Positions 27,401-35,044 of a DNA stretch of 53,965 nt are shown one piece after another; positions within the stretch are counted from its first letter, which is position 1; the number at the start of each line of letters is the position of its first letter. The DNA comes from Lachnospiraceae bacterium UBA1258 (GTDB lineage Bacteria; Bacillota; Clostridia; Lachnospirales; Lachnospiraceae): contig DBVS01000065.1 in assembly GCA_002308235.1 (NCBI GenBank), positions 11,492 to 65,456 on the forward strand, in the 5' to 3' direction. Under the pieces are notes generated by a model. That model saw only the letters and a list, made by a program, of their open reading frames with translations, had not been told where the DNA came from and searched no databases. The translations under genes and the position numbers were made by a program.

Positions 27401-28784
27401 CAAGAACCGTATCAACATAATCCTTCACGTTCTTGATGTTTTCCGTATCATTGTCTTCATCATTGCTGATAACGCTAATGATCTGCGTCATTCCCGCAAC
27501 ATAACTGTCGTCCTCGTTGTCCTGCGAACTGTAGATTGCTTCGCTCAAATATGAAGCAGAGGAATTGTCGTTTCCGAAATAGTACTCGATCTTTGCAAGT
27601 TCGAGGCAGACCTTGGTCTTGTCGGTTCCTGCGCCCGTTTCGGCAAATACTGTCAGCTGCTCTTTGATGTTCATGAGCTCGGTCTCGCGAAGCTGTACAC
27701 CTATAGAATCGACACGAGCCTTAAGAGCGTTCTTTTCCTGCACCGTAAGGCCTGTCTTCATACCCGCATAAACCTTGCTGAGTCTGGCTTCGATCGTTTT
27801 GATGTCCGCCTTCGCAACGTTTCTGTAAGCACCTGAAAACTCGGTCTTCTTTACAAGACCGCTCATATAAAGCTCTGCCGCTATCATCAGTTCGTGATAA
27901 TCGGAATCTGCTCTTAAATTCTTTGTAATGGCATCGTAATCCCCGGTAAGCACGTAAGACTTGATCCTTGCTTTGCTTACGCATTCAAGGCTTAAAAGCT
28001 CGGGAGCGCTTTTCTCGAGCTCATTAAATTTTTTCTTAAAGCCTTTTACCTCTTTGCCGATCTCTTCATCGGTATTGTCCGATACGGCTTCATAGGTTTT
28101 TGATACGCCGGCCACAGCATCGGCGCAATCCCTTATCTCGTCGGAAAGATTGTAGCTGTCCTTAATATTGCTTTTAACGCTTTTAAAAATGTCAGCGCTG
28201 TCAAGCATCAGTGTCCCGGAAGTCTTGGTATATATCTCCTCCGAATAGCCGTACTCACTGAGGTCTGCACCGATTGACTTAAGATAATTTATCATAACAA
28301 GATCGGAAGTATCGCCCTCGATCTTGTTTTGGGCAAATTTCACTTCTTCATCGCTGTTTGAAATAAGCGATGTATTATCGCAAAGAAAAACGTAAAGCTG
28401 TTCTGCGGTTTCATAATCACCCTGCAAAAGAGCGATCCTTGAATTCAAGAGTCTGCATTCATCGTCGTAACCGTAGACCTCGCTGTACTGGTCGATGACT
28501 TCGGCTGCCTCGTCGTAGGCTTCTTCCAGAACGAGCGCATTGGCAAACTCCATCATCTTTTTCTGAGAAAGCATGGGAGTCGATTCACTTGCCGTTACGA
28601 TCTGCCGTTTTGCACCCATAAAGAGTGTGGTCCCGCAGACTGCGGTAAGGACAACGGCAGCAAGGATCTTGCCTGCCGCGAAAGCCTTTCTCTTTAATAA
28701 TATAATGATTGTCACCAGGCATCCGGGCAAAAGACCCGCGCCGATTTGAAGAAAAATGTTCATTAGAATACTGCGGTTATCCAA
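24435..28784 (-). CDS. Giant membrane-anchored VWA-domain protein (helical/TPR-like N-half, VWA, IPT/TIG-like, beta-rich C-terminus)
   Basis: Two N-terminal TM segments; MIDAS motif DVSGS..GGTD..LMTDG; ISGINP..IKLKGTGF TIG-like signature. Start codon uncertain. Confidence 0.85.
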   Translation of the reverse strand: MDNRSILMNIFLQIGAGLLPGCLVTIIILLKRKAFAAGKILAAVVLTAVCGTTLFMGAKRQIVTASESTPMLSQKKMMEFANALVLEEAYDEAAEVIDQYSEVYGYDDECRLLNSRIALLQGDYETAEQLYVFLCDNTSLISNSDEEVKFAQNKIEGDTSDLVMINYLKSIGADLSEYGYSEEIYTKTSGTLMLDSADIFKSVKSNIKDSYNLSDEIRDCADAVAGVSKTYEAVSDNTDEEIGKEVKGFKKKFNELEKSAPELLSLECVSKARIKSYVLTGDYDAITKNLRADSDYHELMIAAELYMSGLVKKTEFSGAYRNVAKADIKTIEARLSKVYAGMKTGLTVQEKNALKARVDSIGVQLRETELMNIKEQLTVFAETGAGTDKTKVCLELAKIEYYFGNDNSSASYLSEAIYSSQDNEDDSYVAGMTQIISVISNDEDNDTENIKNVKDYVDTVLDHSLTVNVEKIVSPQYNPDTAYSSGKSGTSDKKDNSDRSGNSGKRNTQSKNSDPAYGSVQTVNSGSGYAPVQTAGFSQTKPATSTKQGNDTETPETKKDFSQAAADYVSKIKSSISIGRIDTGNFDKEGEITAIVQIDASNYPNTNALKNALRIYDCGAEIKDFTLDKIEYKGSNVMLLCDVSGSMSDSIGDLRAAVKTFITNKNEGENLAVVTFAGSITGEMLFGSDDSSLMDFANNMYASGGTDMYSATLQCLNYFASKKDENNVIILMTDGQDNTSRSAEEIYSNIGSLALEKGVAIYSMGLGSGVNTAYLNTIARSGNGDLVYISDSASLTSFFDMIHGQLHNRYELKYKASDTITLSGRTLEVLIPENNLRDVKTYSLPGGSDENGLAVSQGLSISGINPRYMYKGIQDASIKLKGTGFEEKSEITVKLNGNIDYTIEAKYVDSETYSLTVPASVAVGTYDVEISIGGKNKVLKNGFSVIVEGTEKRTVFGPYVFTSTERIEDDYGETVLRGNVTMNGWLHFKGDVSLRGDIEAGGSIFVTDNSGSYVEFDEATATGIAKFLASKGIALDIPRLGSFTLYNDELHRYDYDNFLVDDIRPGILKIAKLVMFDSPTVRLYPDSINLNFKTGTTMFPYQEQILSAGFDAEMLFKFTFDGSASITDKKVGLILDTSVGHKKDSDCTNPISLFGSPAKFGGELEVKINTIKNEYSIDAMVNFDFFSNGSGIGCAVEWKGSLIPNSAKLKLELAKGIKLPTTFPLELNKFAFQVSEIDTAIKERNFTKLKFTGSMDITSCKIKDYIPGLGKFLGDMALLEMPETTASLCVNPFEIELKAQLKVLSEIKIAEAEVHGGNFDYSNPLLAINGEKVKGFMASFKQGIMWDSSDGRIKLELSGKDELDIHSRFIGFQHTGTAMYDINWWLINTEKEMDASVAFGLYTTHNGKHEWILAVNGTYDNIFGNEKRISKFYYLDENGHAGSRKSALN

Positions 28785-28875
28785 AGATCCGTTTACCGCT
28801 TTCCTCCTGTACGAAAATATCGCATTGAGATATTATATCATATTTTTAATACAAGGTTAGAGCGAAAACGCACAG

Positions 28876-28903
28876 AAAAACCCGCGGGCATTCCGCGGGT
28901 TTT
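28876..28903 (-). terminator. Intrinsic terminator of the MCP gene
   Basis: aaaacccgcgg-gcatt-ccgcgggtttt. Confidence 0.8.
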
Positions 28904-28953
28904 GTTTATAATTTGTACTATGGGGCGATTCCTTTGCCCAATCGGTCGCAGGA

Positions 28954-30633
28954 TCAGTGCTTAAGCTTGAAGTGATCAACCAGCTCCTTAAGGGACTTGG
29001 AGTGCTCGTTCATCTCGTAGCTGAGTGCCAGAGATTCTTCGGATGTAGCGGCATTGGTACGTCCGTCGTCGGCGATACGGCCGATGTTCACGGAAAGATC
29101 CTGAACGGAACGGGCCTGTGTGGTGGAGGTTCCGGCAATCTGCTTAACCTGATCTCTGATACCTTCAACCTGCTTGACCATTACATTGAGTTCATCTGCG
29201 GTCTCGTGTGCGACCTTGATACCCTGCTCAACATTGGAAATGGACTCGTTGATAAGAGCGGTGGTGCTTTGTGCCGCCTGAACGGTCTGAGTGGCAAGCT
29301 GGGATACTTCCGCAGCTACTACAGCGAAACCTCTGCCGGCTTCTCCCGCACGTGCGGCCTCAATACTTGCATTGAGGGAAAGAAGGTTTGTCTGATCCGC
29401 AATGTTGTTGATGGTATCGATAATCTTGCTTATCTGATCGGAGGATTCGGAGATCGCGTTCATGGCGTCGACAACCTTTTCCATCTTCTTGTTGCCTTCG
29501 ACGATACTTCCTACGACACGCTCCACATCAGTGGAGATCTTCTCGGCTTCGGTGGAATTTGCGGATATTTCTTCGGTAATGGTATTTACACGCATCGAAA
29601 GTTCTTCAACGTTTCCGGCCTGACTGGTTGCGGTCTCCGCAAGGTTCTGGCCCGCATCTGCAAGCTGTCCTGCGCCCGAAGAAACCATGCTTGATACATT
29701 TACGATCTCATCCATGGATTCGGAAATCTTTCCGGAGAAGCTTTCGATTGCGGTCTGGATCGATACGAAGTCGCCAATGAAGTCTTCTTCAAATCTGATA
29801 TCAAAATTGCCGTCTGCCATGGTGGACATTACGGAACCGATCTTGTCTATATATTCGGCAAGAGAAGTGATGGCATCGCGAAGTTTGTCCGCAACCTCTC
29901 CAATCTCGTTTTCTTTGTCATAATCAATCTCAGCGTGAACGTTTCCTCTGGCAATTTCTGTGGCCGCATCCTTAAGGGTACTGAGGTCGTTCTCGATATC
30001 GGAAATAAGTTCCTTGTTTCTCTTACGGCTCAAAACAACCGTCGCCACGGAAGCGATCACAAGTGCGATGATGGCGATTACCGAAATGGTCATGATCGCC
30101 TTATATTTTCCGTTAGCCGCTGCATCGGCGCGTTCGCCGGTGGCATCAAGAAGGTCTGCAAGAACCTCCGATACGGCATTTAAGTTGTTATTGTAATAAT
30201 CCAGCGCTCCCTGAGTATTACCCGCATTGACAAGGTCCAGCATTTCGAAGGATGCTTTTTTAACATCGTCCCAGGCCTTGGAAAGCTGGTTTCCGAGAGC
30301 AGCATCATTTAAGTTCTTTGAAATGGTCGCAAAATAAGATGTGATCTTCGTAAAGCGCTTCTCAAGGTCAGCTGCCTGATCCGCGGTTACCTTTGTATCG
30401 TTGGAAGCCTGTGCAAACAAAAGTCGTTTGTTGATGGTCTGCACATCCTTACGGATTTCCATCTGGTACTTTTCGGTAACGTATTGTACATTGTAGAAAT
30501 TAAGGAAATTGAAGGCGATGATAGCAAGAAAGATAAGCATGAGGGCCGATACGCCTATGAACATGAGATTTGTCGAAGAAGACATGCGGTGCAGTGACTG
30601 CGCGATTGTCTCGTTTCTGGTATTCTTTGCCAT
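28954..30633 (-). CDS. Methyl-accepting chemotaxis protein (4HB-type sensor, HAMP, signalling domain)
   Basis: Two TMs; HAMP NEIGEVA; [30 protein letters not shown]. Start moved to ATG 30633. Confidence 0.95.
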   Translation of the reverse strand: MAKNTRNETIAQSLHRMSSSTNLMFIGVSALMLIFLAIIAFNFLNFYNVQYVTEKYQMEIRKDVQTINKRLLFAQASNDTKVTADQAADLEKRFTKITSYFATISKNLNDAALGNQLSKAWDDVKKASFEMLDLVNAGNTQGALDYYNNNLNAVSEVLADLLDATGERADAAANGKYKAIMTISVIAIIALVIASVATVVLSRKRNKELISDIENDLSTLKDAATEIARGNVHAEIDYDKENEIGEVADKLRDAITSLAEYIDKIGSVMSTMADGNFDIRFEEDFIGDFVSIQTAIESFSGKISESMDEIVNVSSMVSSGAGQLADAGQNLAETATSQAGNVEELSMRVNTITEEISANSTEAEKISTDVERVVGSIVEGNKKMEKVVDAMNAISESSDQISKIIDTINNIADQTNLLSLNASIEAARAGEAGRGFAVVAAEVSQLATQTVQAAQSTTALINESISNVEQGIKVAHETADELNVMVKQVEGIRDQVKQIAGTSTTQARSVQDLSVNIGRIADDGRTNAATSEESLALSYEMNEHSKSLKELVDHFKLKH

Positions 30634-30707
30634 ATGAAAATTCTCCCTTCCTGTGAAAACCACGAAAATATTTTACAGGAAGGGTATTAAATATCAGTTA
30701 ATCAAGG

Positions 30708-31463
30708 TCACCGCATAAATTCCACCGCATGTTTCCGTGCCCAGAGAGGGAAGTGGTTTCTCTGGCACTTCTCATTGGCCCGCTCTTTGATTGCCACGGA
30801 ATCAAAGAATACTTTCCAAAGATCCGTATATTTATCGTTCTCTTCCTCGGTGTGAAGAAGGTTTTCAAATTCGACATCCGTCAGTTTCTGAATGTAAAAG
30901 TGTTCATTTTTCCCATGGATCACGGCTTCTCTATGGATATCATCAACTATGACAAAGAACTCCGAGGGCATGCGGTCCGAAAAAATGGGGCCTAAGTATC
31001 CCACAACCCTGCTCCTGGGTTCAAAATGAGCGATATATACATTTCCAACCCGGTGAAAACGAAGGATCTCTCTGAAGCGCTCCGCTTCTCTCACGACTCT
31101 GGCCCTTATCTCGCGATTTCTCATGATGTCCGCAAATTTGACCATGCGAAGTACCTCCGGGCCATAGTGAAATCCCAGGATCAGCACGTGATATATGTTA
31201 TCAAGCACATCCTCTTCAAAGGCCATGGCCGTGTAAGCCATCTCCGTGTATACTTCATAAGAAATCCTGCGGACGATGGCCTCGCTGAGTCTGTCTGCCT
31301 TTGACGGATCGGCATCCACATGAACGTATTCGTCCAGGAAAGACACCTGTCCCACGGGCTCAAGCAAAAGCTTAATGTTCTTATGACCCAGTCCGCTTTC
31401 AAAAGCCTCAAATATGCAGGTAAGCATCGCCTCCCATTCGGGTTCACATGTAAAAATCCTCAT
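30708..31463 (-). CDS. TIGR03915/DUF4130-family putative DNA metabolism protein
   Basis: EAMLTCIFEAF, F.DRMPSE.FVI.D and Y..LWKVFFDSVAIKERAN..CQR; coupled to the upstream radical SAM gene. Confidence 0.88.
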   Translation of the reverse strand: MRIFTCEPEWEAMLTCIFEAFESGLGHKNIKLLLEPVGQVSFLDEYVHVDADPSKADRLSEAIVRRISYEVYTEMAYTAMAFEEDVLDNIYHVLILGFHYGPEVLRMVKFADIMRNREIRARVVREAERFREILRFHRVGNVYIAHFEPRSRVVGYLGPIFSDRMPSEFFVIVDDIHREAVIHGKNEHFYIQKLTDVEFENLLHTEEENDKYTDLWKVFFDSVAIKERANEKCQRNHFPLWARKHAVEFMR

Positions 31464-32917
31464 GCTCTCTCCATTTTCAGATCGTCAAACAGGTTAAGCT
31501 GCCTGAAATCGTTATTCCGATCCGTAATCTGATAAACATCCCTTCGATCCGCATCCGCCAGCTGATTCAAAATATATCGATGGTCCATCGGTACTCTTTC
31601 AAACATCCGTCCGTTACAGGTTATAAAGAATCTGGCCCGTTTCAGCACCACATGCATGCGTTTGAGCATCTCAAAGTTGATGCTCCCGTATCTTCTGGCA
31701 CTGACGATCCGTTTGACACTCGTGGGGCCGATCCCGGGTACCCTTAAGAGCACATCTACAGGCGCAGTGTTGATCTCCACCGGAAATCTGTCCAGGTGAT
31801 TGATGGCCCAAAAGCACTTGGGATCCACTCTGTAATCCAGGAAAGGATTGTCACCCGTAAGTATCTCATCCGCCACAAATCCGTAATAACGGATCAGCCA
31901 GTCGGCCTGATAGAGTCTGTGTTCCCTGAGAAGGGGAACGGGAGCGGTCTTATCCGGGAGGGCCGCGTCCTCATTAACGGGAATATAGGCCGAAAAGAAA
32001 ACGCGCTTTAAATCAAAGCTTTGATAAAGTGCCTGAGTGGTCCTGATAAGATCGAGGTCCGTTTCGTCCGTGGCCCCGATGATCATCTGTGTGCTCTGCC
32101 CGGCAGGCGCAAAGGGGCGCCTTAAAAGAGCGTCGTTTTTCTCTGCGGGATAAAGAAAGGGATTGGCTGCGGGAAACAGTGAGGAGTCCCCCTCGGGCCC
32201 CTCTATACGGTCGACACCCGGTCCGAAAATGCTGTTTACCAGGTGTTTATTGATCCCACAGCGCTCCATACGGGCGGACTTTCCGACGGCGACCCTGTGT
32301 CCCGCAATGGTACCCGATATCCGGTTCATGGGACCGATGATATTTTTCATGTTCTTATTCGGAGCAAGCTTCCGGAGACTTTCCTGGGTGGGCAATTCCA
32401 TGTTCAAACTGATTCTGTCCGCCAGAAGCCCCGCCGAATAAATCAGCTCATCGGAAGCACCGGGAATGGCCTTCACGTGGATATACCCGTTAAACCTGTA
32501 TTTGGTACGAAGAAGGCGCAAAGTCTCACAGATGCGCTCCATGGTGTAATCGGGGCTCTTGATAACTCCCGAACTTAAGAAAAGCCCCTCTATGTAATTT
32601 CGCTTATAGAATTCTATGGTGAGAGTGCAGATCTCCTCCGGTGTGAAGGTTGCCCTGGGAACATCATTGCTCGCTCTGTTTTTGCAATACTTGCAATCGA
32701 ATATGCAATGATTGGTCATGAGGATCTTAAGAAGAGAGATGCACCTTCCGTCAGACGTGAAAGCATGACATACGCCCGCAGCCACGGAATTGCCGAGAAA
32801 TCCTTCCCGTCCGCCGCGGCTCACACCGCTTGAGGTACAGGCCACATCATACTTGGCCGCATCGGAAAGGATCGTAAGTTTTTCTTTTAATGGATCGTTG
32901 TTACTCAAATCGTACAT
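31460..32917 (-). CDS. TIGR03916-family putative DNA modification/repair radical SAM protein with C-terminal HhH
   Basis: KLTILSDAAKYDVAC, CIFDCKYC, APAGQSTQMIIGA, REHRLYQADWL and LLRVPGIG. Start moved to ATG 32917. Confidence 0.92.
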   Translation of the reverse strand: MYDLSNNDPLKEKLTILSDAAKYDVACTSSGVSRGGREGFLGNSVAAGVCHAFTSDGRCISLLKILMTNHCIFDCKYCKNRASNDVPRATFTPEEICTLTIEFYKRNYIEGLFLSSGVIKSPDYTMERICETLRLLRTKYRFNGYIHVKAIPGASDELIYSAGLLADRISLNMELPTQESLRKLAPNKNMKNIIGPMNRISGTIAGHRVAVGKSARMERCGINKHLVNSIFGPGVDRIEGPEGDSSLFPAANPFLYPAEKNDALLRRPFAPAGQSTQMIIGATDETDLDLIRTTQALYQSFDLKRVFFSAYIPVNEDAALPDKTAPVPLLREHRLYQADWLIRYYGFVADEILTGDNPFLDYRVDPKCFWAINHLDRFPVEINTAPVDVLLRVPGIGPTSVKRIVSARRYGSINFEMLKRMHVVLKRARFFITCNGRMFERVPMDHRYILNQLADADRRDVYQITDRNNDFRQLNLFDDLKMERA

Positions 32918-32964
32918 CTGTTCGCCTCTGGTAATATCATAGAACAAATGTTTCTTTTTGTAAA
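32912..32964 (-). promoter_or_regulatory. Sigma-A promoter with two LexA (Cheo) boxes
   Basis: TTTACA (32964-59), 17 bp, TATGAT (32941-36). GAACAAATGTTT (32942-53) lies in the spacer and GAACAGATGTAC (minus, 32923-12) overlaps the start codon; each is one mismatch from GAAC-N4-GTTC. Confidence 0.75.
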
Positions 32965-32997
32965 GATGTTTTTGTAATTTGAGTGATGGAAAAAGTA

Positions 32998-33747
32998 TCA
33001 GACAGCCAAAGATATCAGATAAAATACTCCAAACAGCACCACCTGATGGAGCATATAGATCAACAGGGAATGTCTCCCCAAAAACTCAACTGCCGGTATC
33101 CCCTTCTTAAACGGCGGGATATCGAATTCTTTTCTGTTCATCAGCTTATTTGTGAAGTACCCCGTCAGAAAAAGAAACAGCCACGGAATCAGGGAAAAAT
33201 AGTCCGTCGAAACAAAATCCGGATCGCAGAAGCCCAGATATGTCATGAAATATCCGTGATAAAGAACCTTGGGAACACGACCGAAGGCCAGCCCTTCAAA
33301 GCCGAAGGTTCCGACATTCACGTTTCTCATCAGCACGAAAAGAAGCACCGATGTTACCAGACCGATGATATAGGAAGCCCGGCTTTTGCAAATAAACCTG
33401 TCTGTCAGCGCGGTGATAAGGATCGAGCTTCCGATAAGTATCAAAACTCCAAAGATATCTGCCGCATCGGGAACCATCGTAACCGTCACAACGGTGATGA
33501 GGATACCGCCCCCGAGAGCCATGAGCCCCCGTTTTACCGGTTTCTTTGAGTAGGAAAAGCAAAAGCCCGACAGCAGGATAAAAGACCAGCAGATGGACTG
33601 CTGCCATACATATGCCGCGGGACTGTACAATTCTTTCTCCGTTAAACCCATGCCGAAATAGACCATGTCCCAGCATGCGTGAAATGCGATCATGCTGAGG
33701 ATGGTCAGGCCTCTGACGGTATCGATCAAACGAAGTCTTTCTTTCAT
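32998..33747 (-). CDS. DUF1624 / HGSNAT-like membrane protein (putative acyltransferase)
   Basis: RLRLIDTVRG..I.SMIAFH, FILLSG, DYFSLIPW and FLGRHSLLIYMLHQ. Confidence 0.85.
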   Translation of the reverse strand: MKERLRLIDTVRGLTILSMIAFHACWDMVYFGMGLTEKELYSPAAYVWQQSICWSFILLSGFCFSYSKKPVKRGLMALGGGILITVVTVTMVPDAADIFGVLILIGSSILITALTDRFICKSRASYIIGLVTSVLLFVLMRNVNVGTFGFEGLAFGRVPKVLYHGYFMTYLGFCDPDFVSTDYFSLIPWLFLFLTGYFTNKLMNRKEFDIPPFKKGIPAVEFLGRHSLLIYMLHQVVLFGVFYLISLAV

Positions 33748-33749
33748 GG

Positions 33750-35015
33750 TTATCCTTCTATACAGCCTCCGGGATACAAAGTTGAGGAATAAAGTCTCTT
33801 AGGCTGGGGTAAGGGCTTTCCTGCAAAAGAAACCGCGGGATTCAACTTGGTTCCGCTGTAGATGCGTGCTTCTTTTTCCGAATATACGATCACGTCCTCT
33901 GCGCCGCGGCCGAAAAGATCGCTGTGAAGCACATACTCATAGGCACCTTCGCCCATGGAAAATTCCACGATCTTTGCGCCGTTGTGATCGTAGAGCCCGG
34001 GAGCCTCACCGCCGCCGCGTCTGTAGGCAAGAATGTAATCCCGCCCTTCTCCGTTCCAGTTTTGAAGCGTCTCCACAATGGTAAGCCAGCCCTTGGATTT
34101 ACGGTCTTCTTTCCAGACCTCATTGCCTTCGGAATCCACAAAGAACATGCCGTCCTTGCCGTCCCACTGACCTTTGTAGCCGTCGCCGCGTCTGATGCGA
34201 TCGAGACCCGCCAGCTGAAGTCCGGGGTGCTTTGGATCAAAGCGACCGAGTGCGATGTGCTGGGATTCAACGGAACCTTCGTAGCGCCAGAGTTCCCTTC
34301 CCTCCGCACTGTACAGACAGGTCACGCTTCCGCCCACGGCGATCTCTTTCTTTCCGTCGCCGTTGACATCTCCTACCCAAAGGCAGTCCGCGTGATCCTC
34401 AAGATCGTGACAGGACCACATGATGTTTCCCTTGTGATCAAGCATGTCATAACCTGCCATAACTTCATCGAAACCGTCGCCGTTTATGTCGTAGGCATAG
34501 GGAAAGTGGCCGATATTTCCGTGATGGGTCCAAAGTACTTTAAAGTTTTCGTCCATGGCCCACATGTTAAAATAGCGGTCCTTAAGGATCACTTCTTTTG
34601 CGCGGGGTCCTCCCTTGAGATTTGCGATTATTATACAGTCATGGGCTTCTTCGGCAGGAAGCTCGTACTCTTTCTTGAGCTTCCCTGTGGTGCCTTCCAA
34701 AACCTTGAATTTATGATCCATGACACAGATAACTTCAAGTTTTCCGTCTCCGTCATAGTCATAAACTTGCGCGGGAAAATCGGAGCCGAAGCCTCCGGGG
34801 TGCTCCGCGGGTGTCCCCGTCTGCCATAAAAGCTTTCCCGTCAGGTCATATGCCGTCACACAGGTCACCGTGTGAGGCACGTATCTGTCGTCTATATCTC
34901 CGTCGGCCTGCACAAAGACCACTTCCATGCGGCCGTCTCCGTTAATGTCTCCCAGCAGTCCCTTGCCGTGTCCTGCTGCGGTTATGTCTATCCTTCCAAG
35001 TAGCTCGGCTGTCAT
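33750..35015 (-). CDS. Beta-propeller protein with DxNGDG Ca-binding repeats, rhamnogalacturonan-lyase (PL11)-like
   Basis: Repeats GDINGDGRME, YDYDGDGKLE, YDINGDGFDE and GDVNGDGKKE; no signal peptide; downstream of GH2. Confidence 0.65.
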   Translation of the reverse strand: MTAELLGRIDITAAGHGKGLLGDINGDGRMEVVFVQADGDIDDRYVPHTVTCVTAYDLTGKLLWQTGTPAEHPGGFGSDFPAQVYDYDGDGKLEVICVMDHKFKVLEGTTGKLKKEYELPAEEAHDCIIIANLKGGPRAKEVILKDRYFNMWAMDENFKVLWTHHGNIGHFPYAYDINGDGFDEVMAGYDMLDHKGNIMWSCHDLEDHADCLWVGDVNGDGKKEIAVGGSVTCLYSAEGRELWRYEGSVESQHIALGRFDPKHPGLQLAGLDRIRRGDGYKGQWDGKDGMFFVDSEGNEVWKEDRKSKGWLTIVETLQNWNGEGRDYILAYRRGGGEAPGLYDHNGAKIVEFSMGEGAYEYVLHSDLFGRGAEDVIVYSEKEARIYSGTKLNPAVSFAGKPLPQPKRLYSSTLYPGGCIEG

Positions 35016-35044
35016 TTACATGTCTCCCTTTTCCTGTCAAGTAT

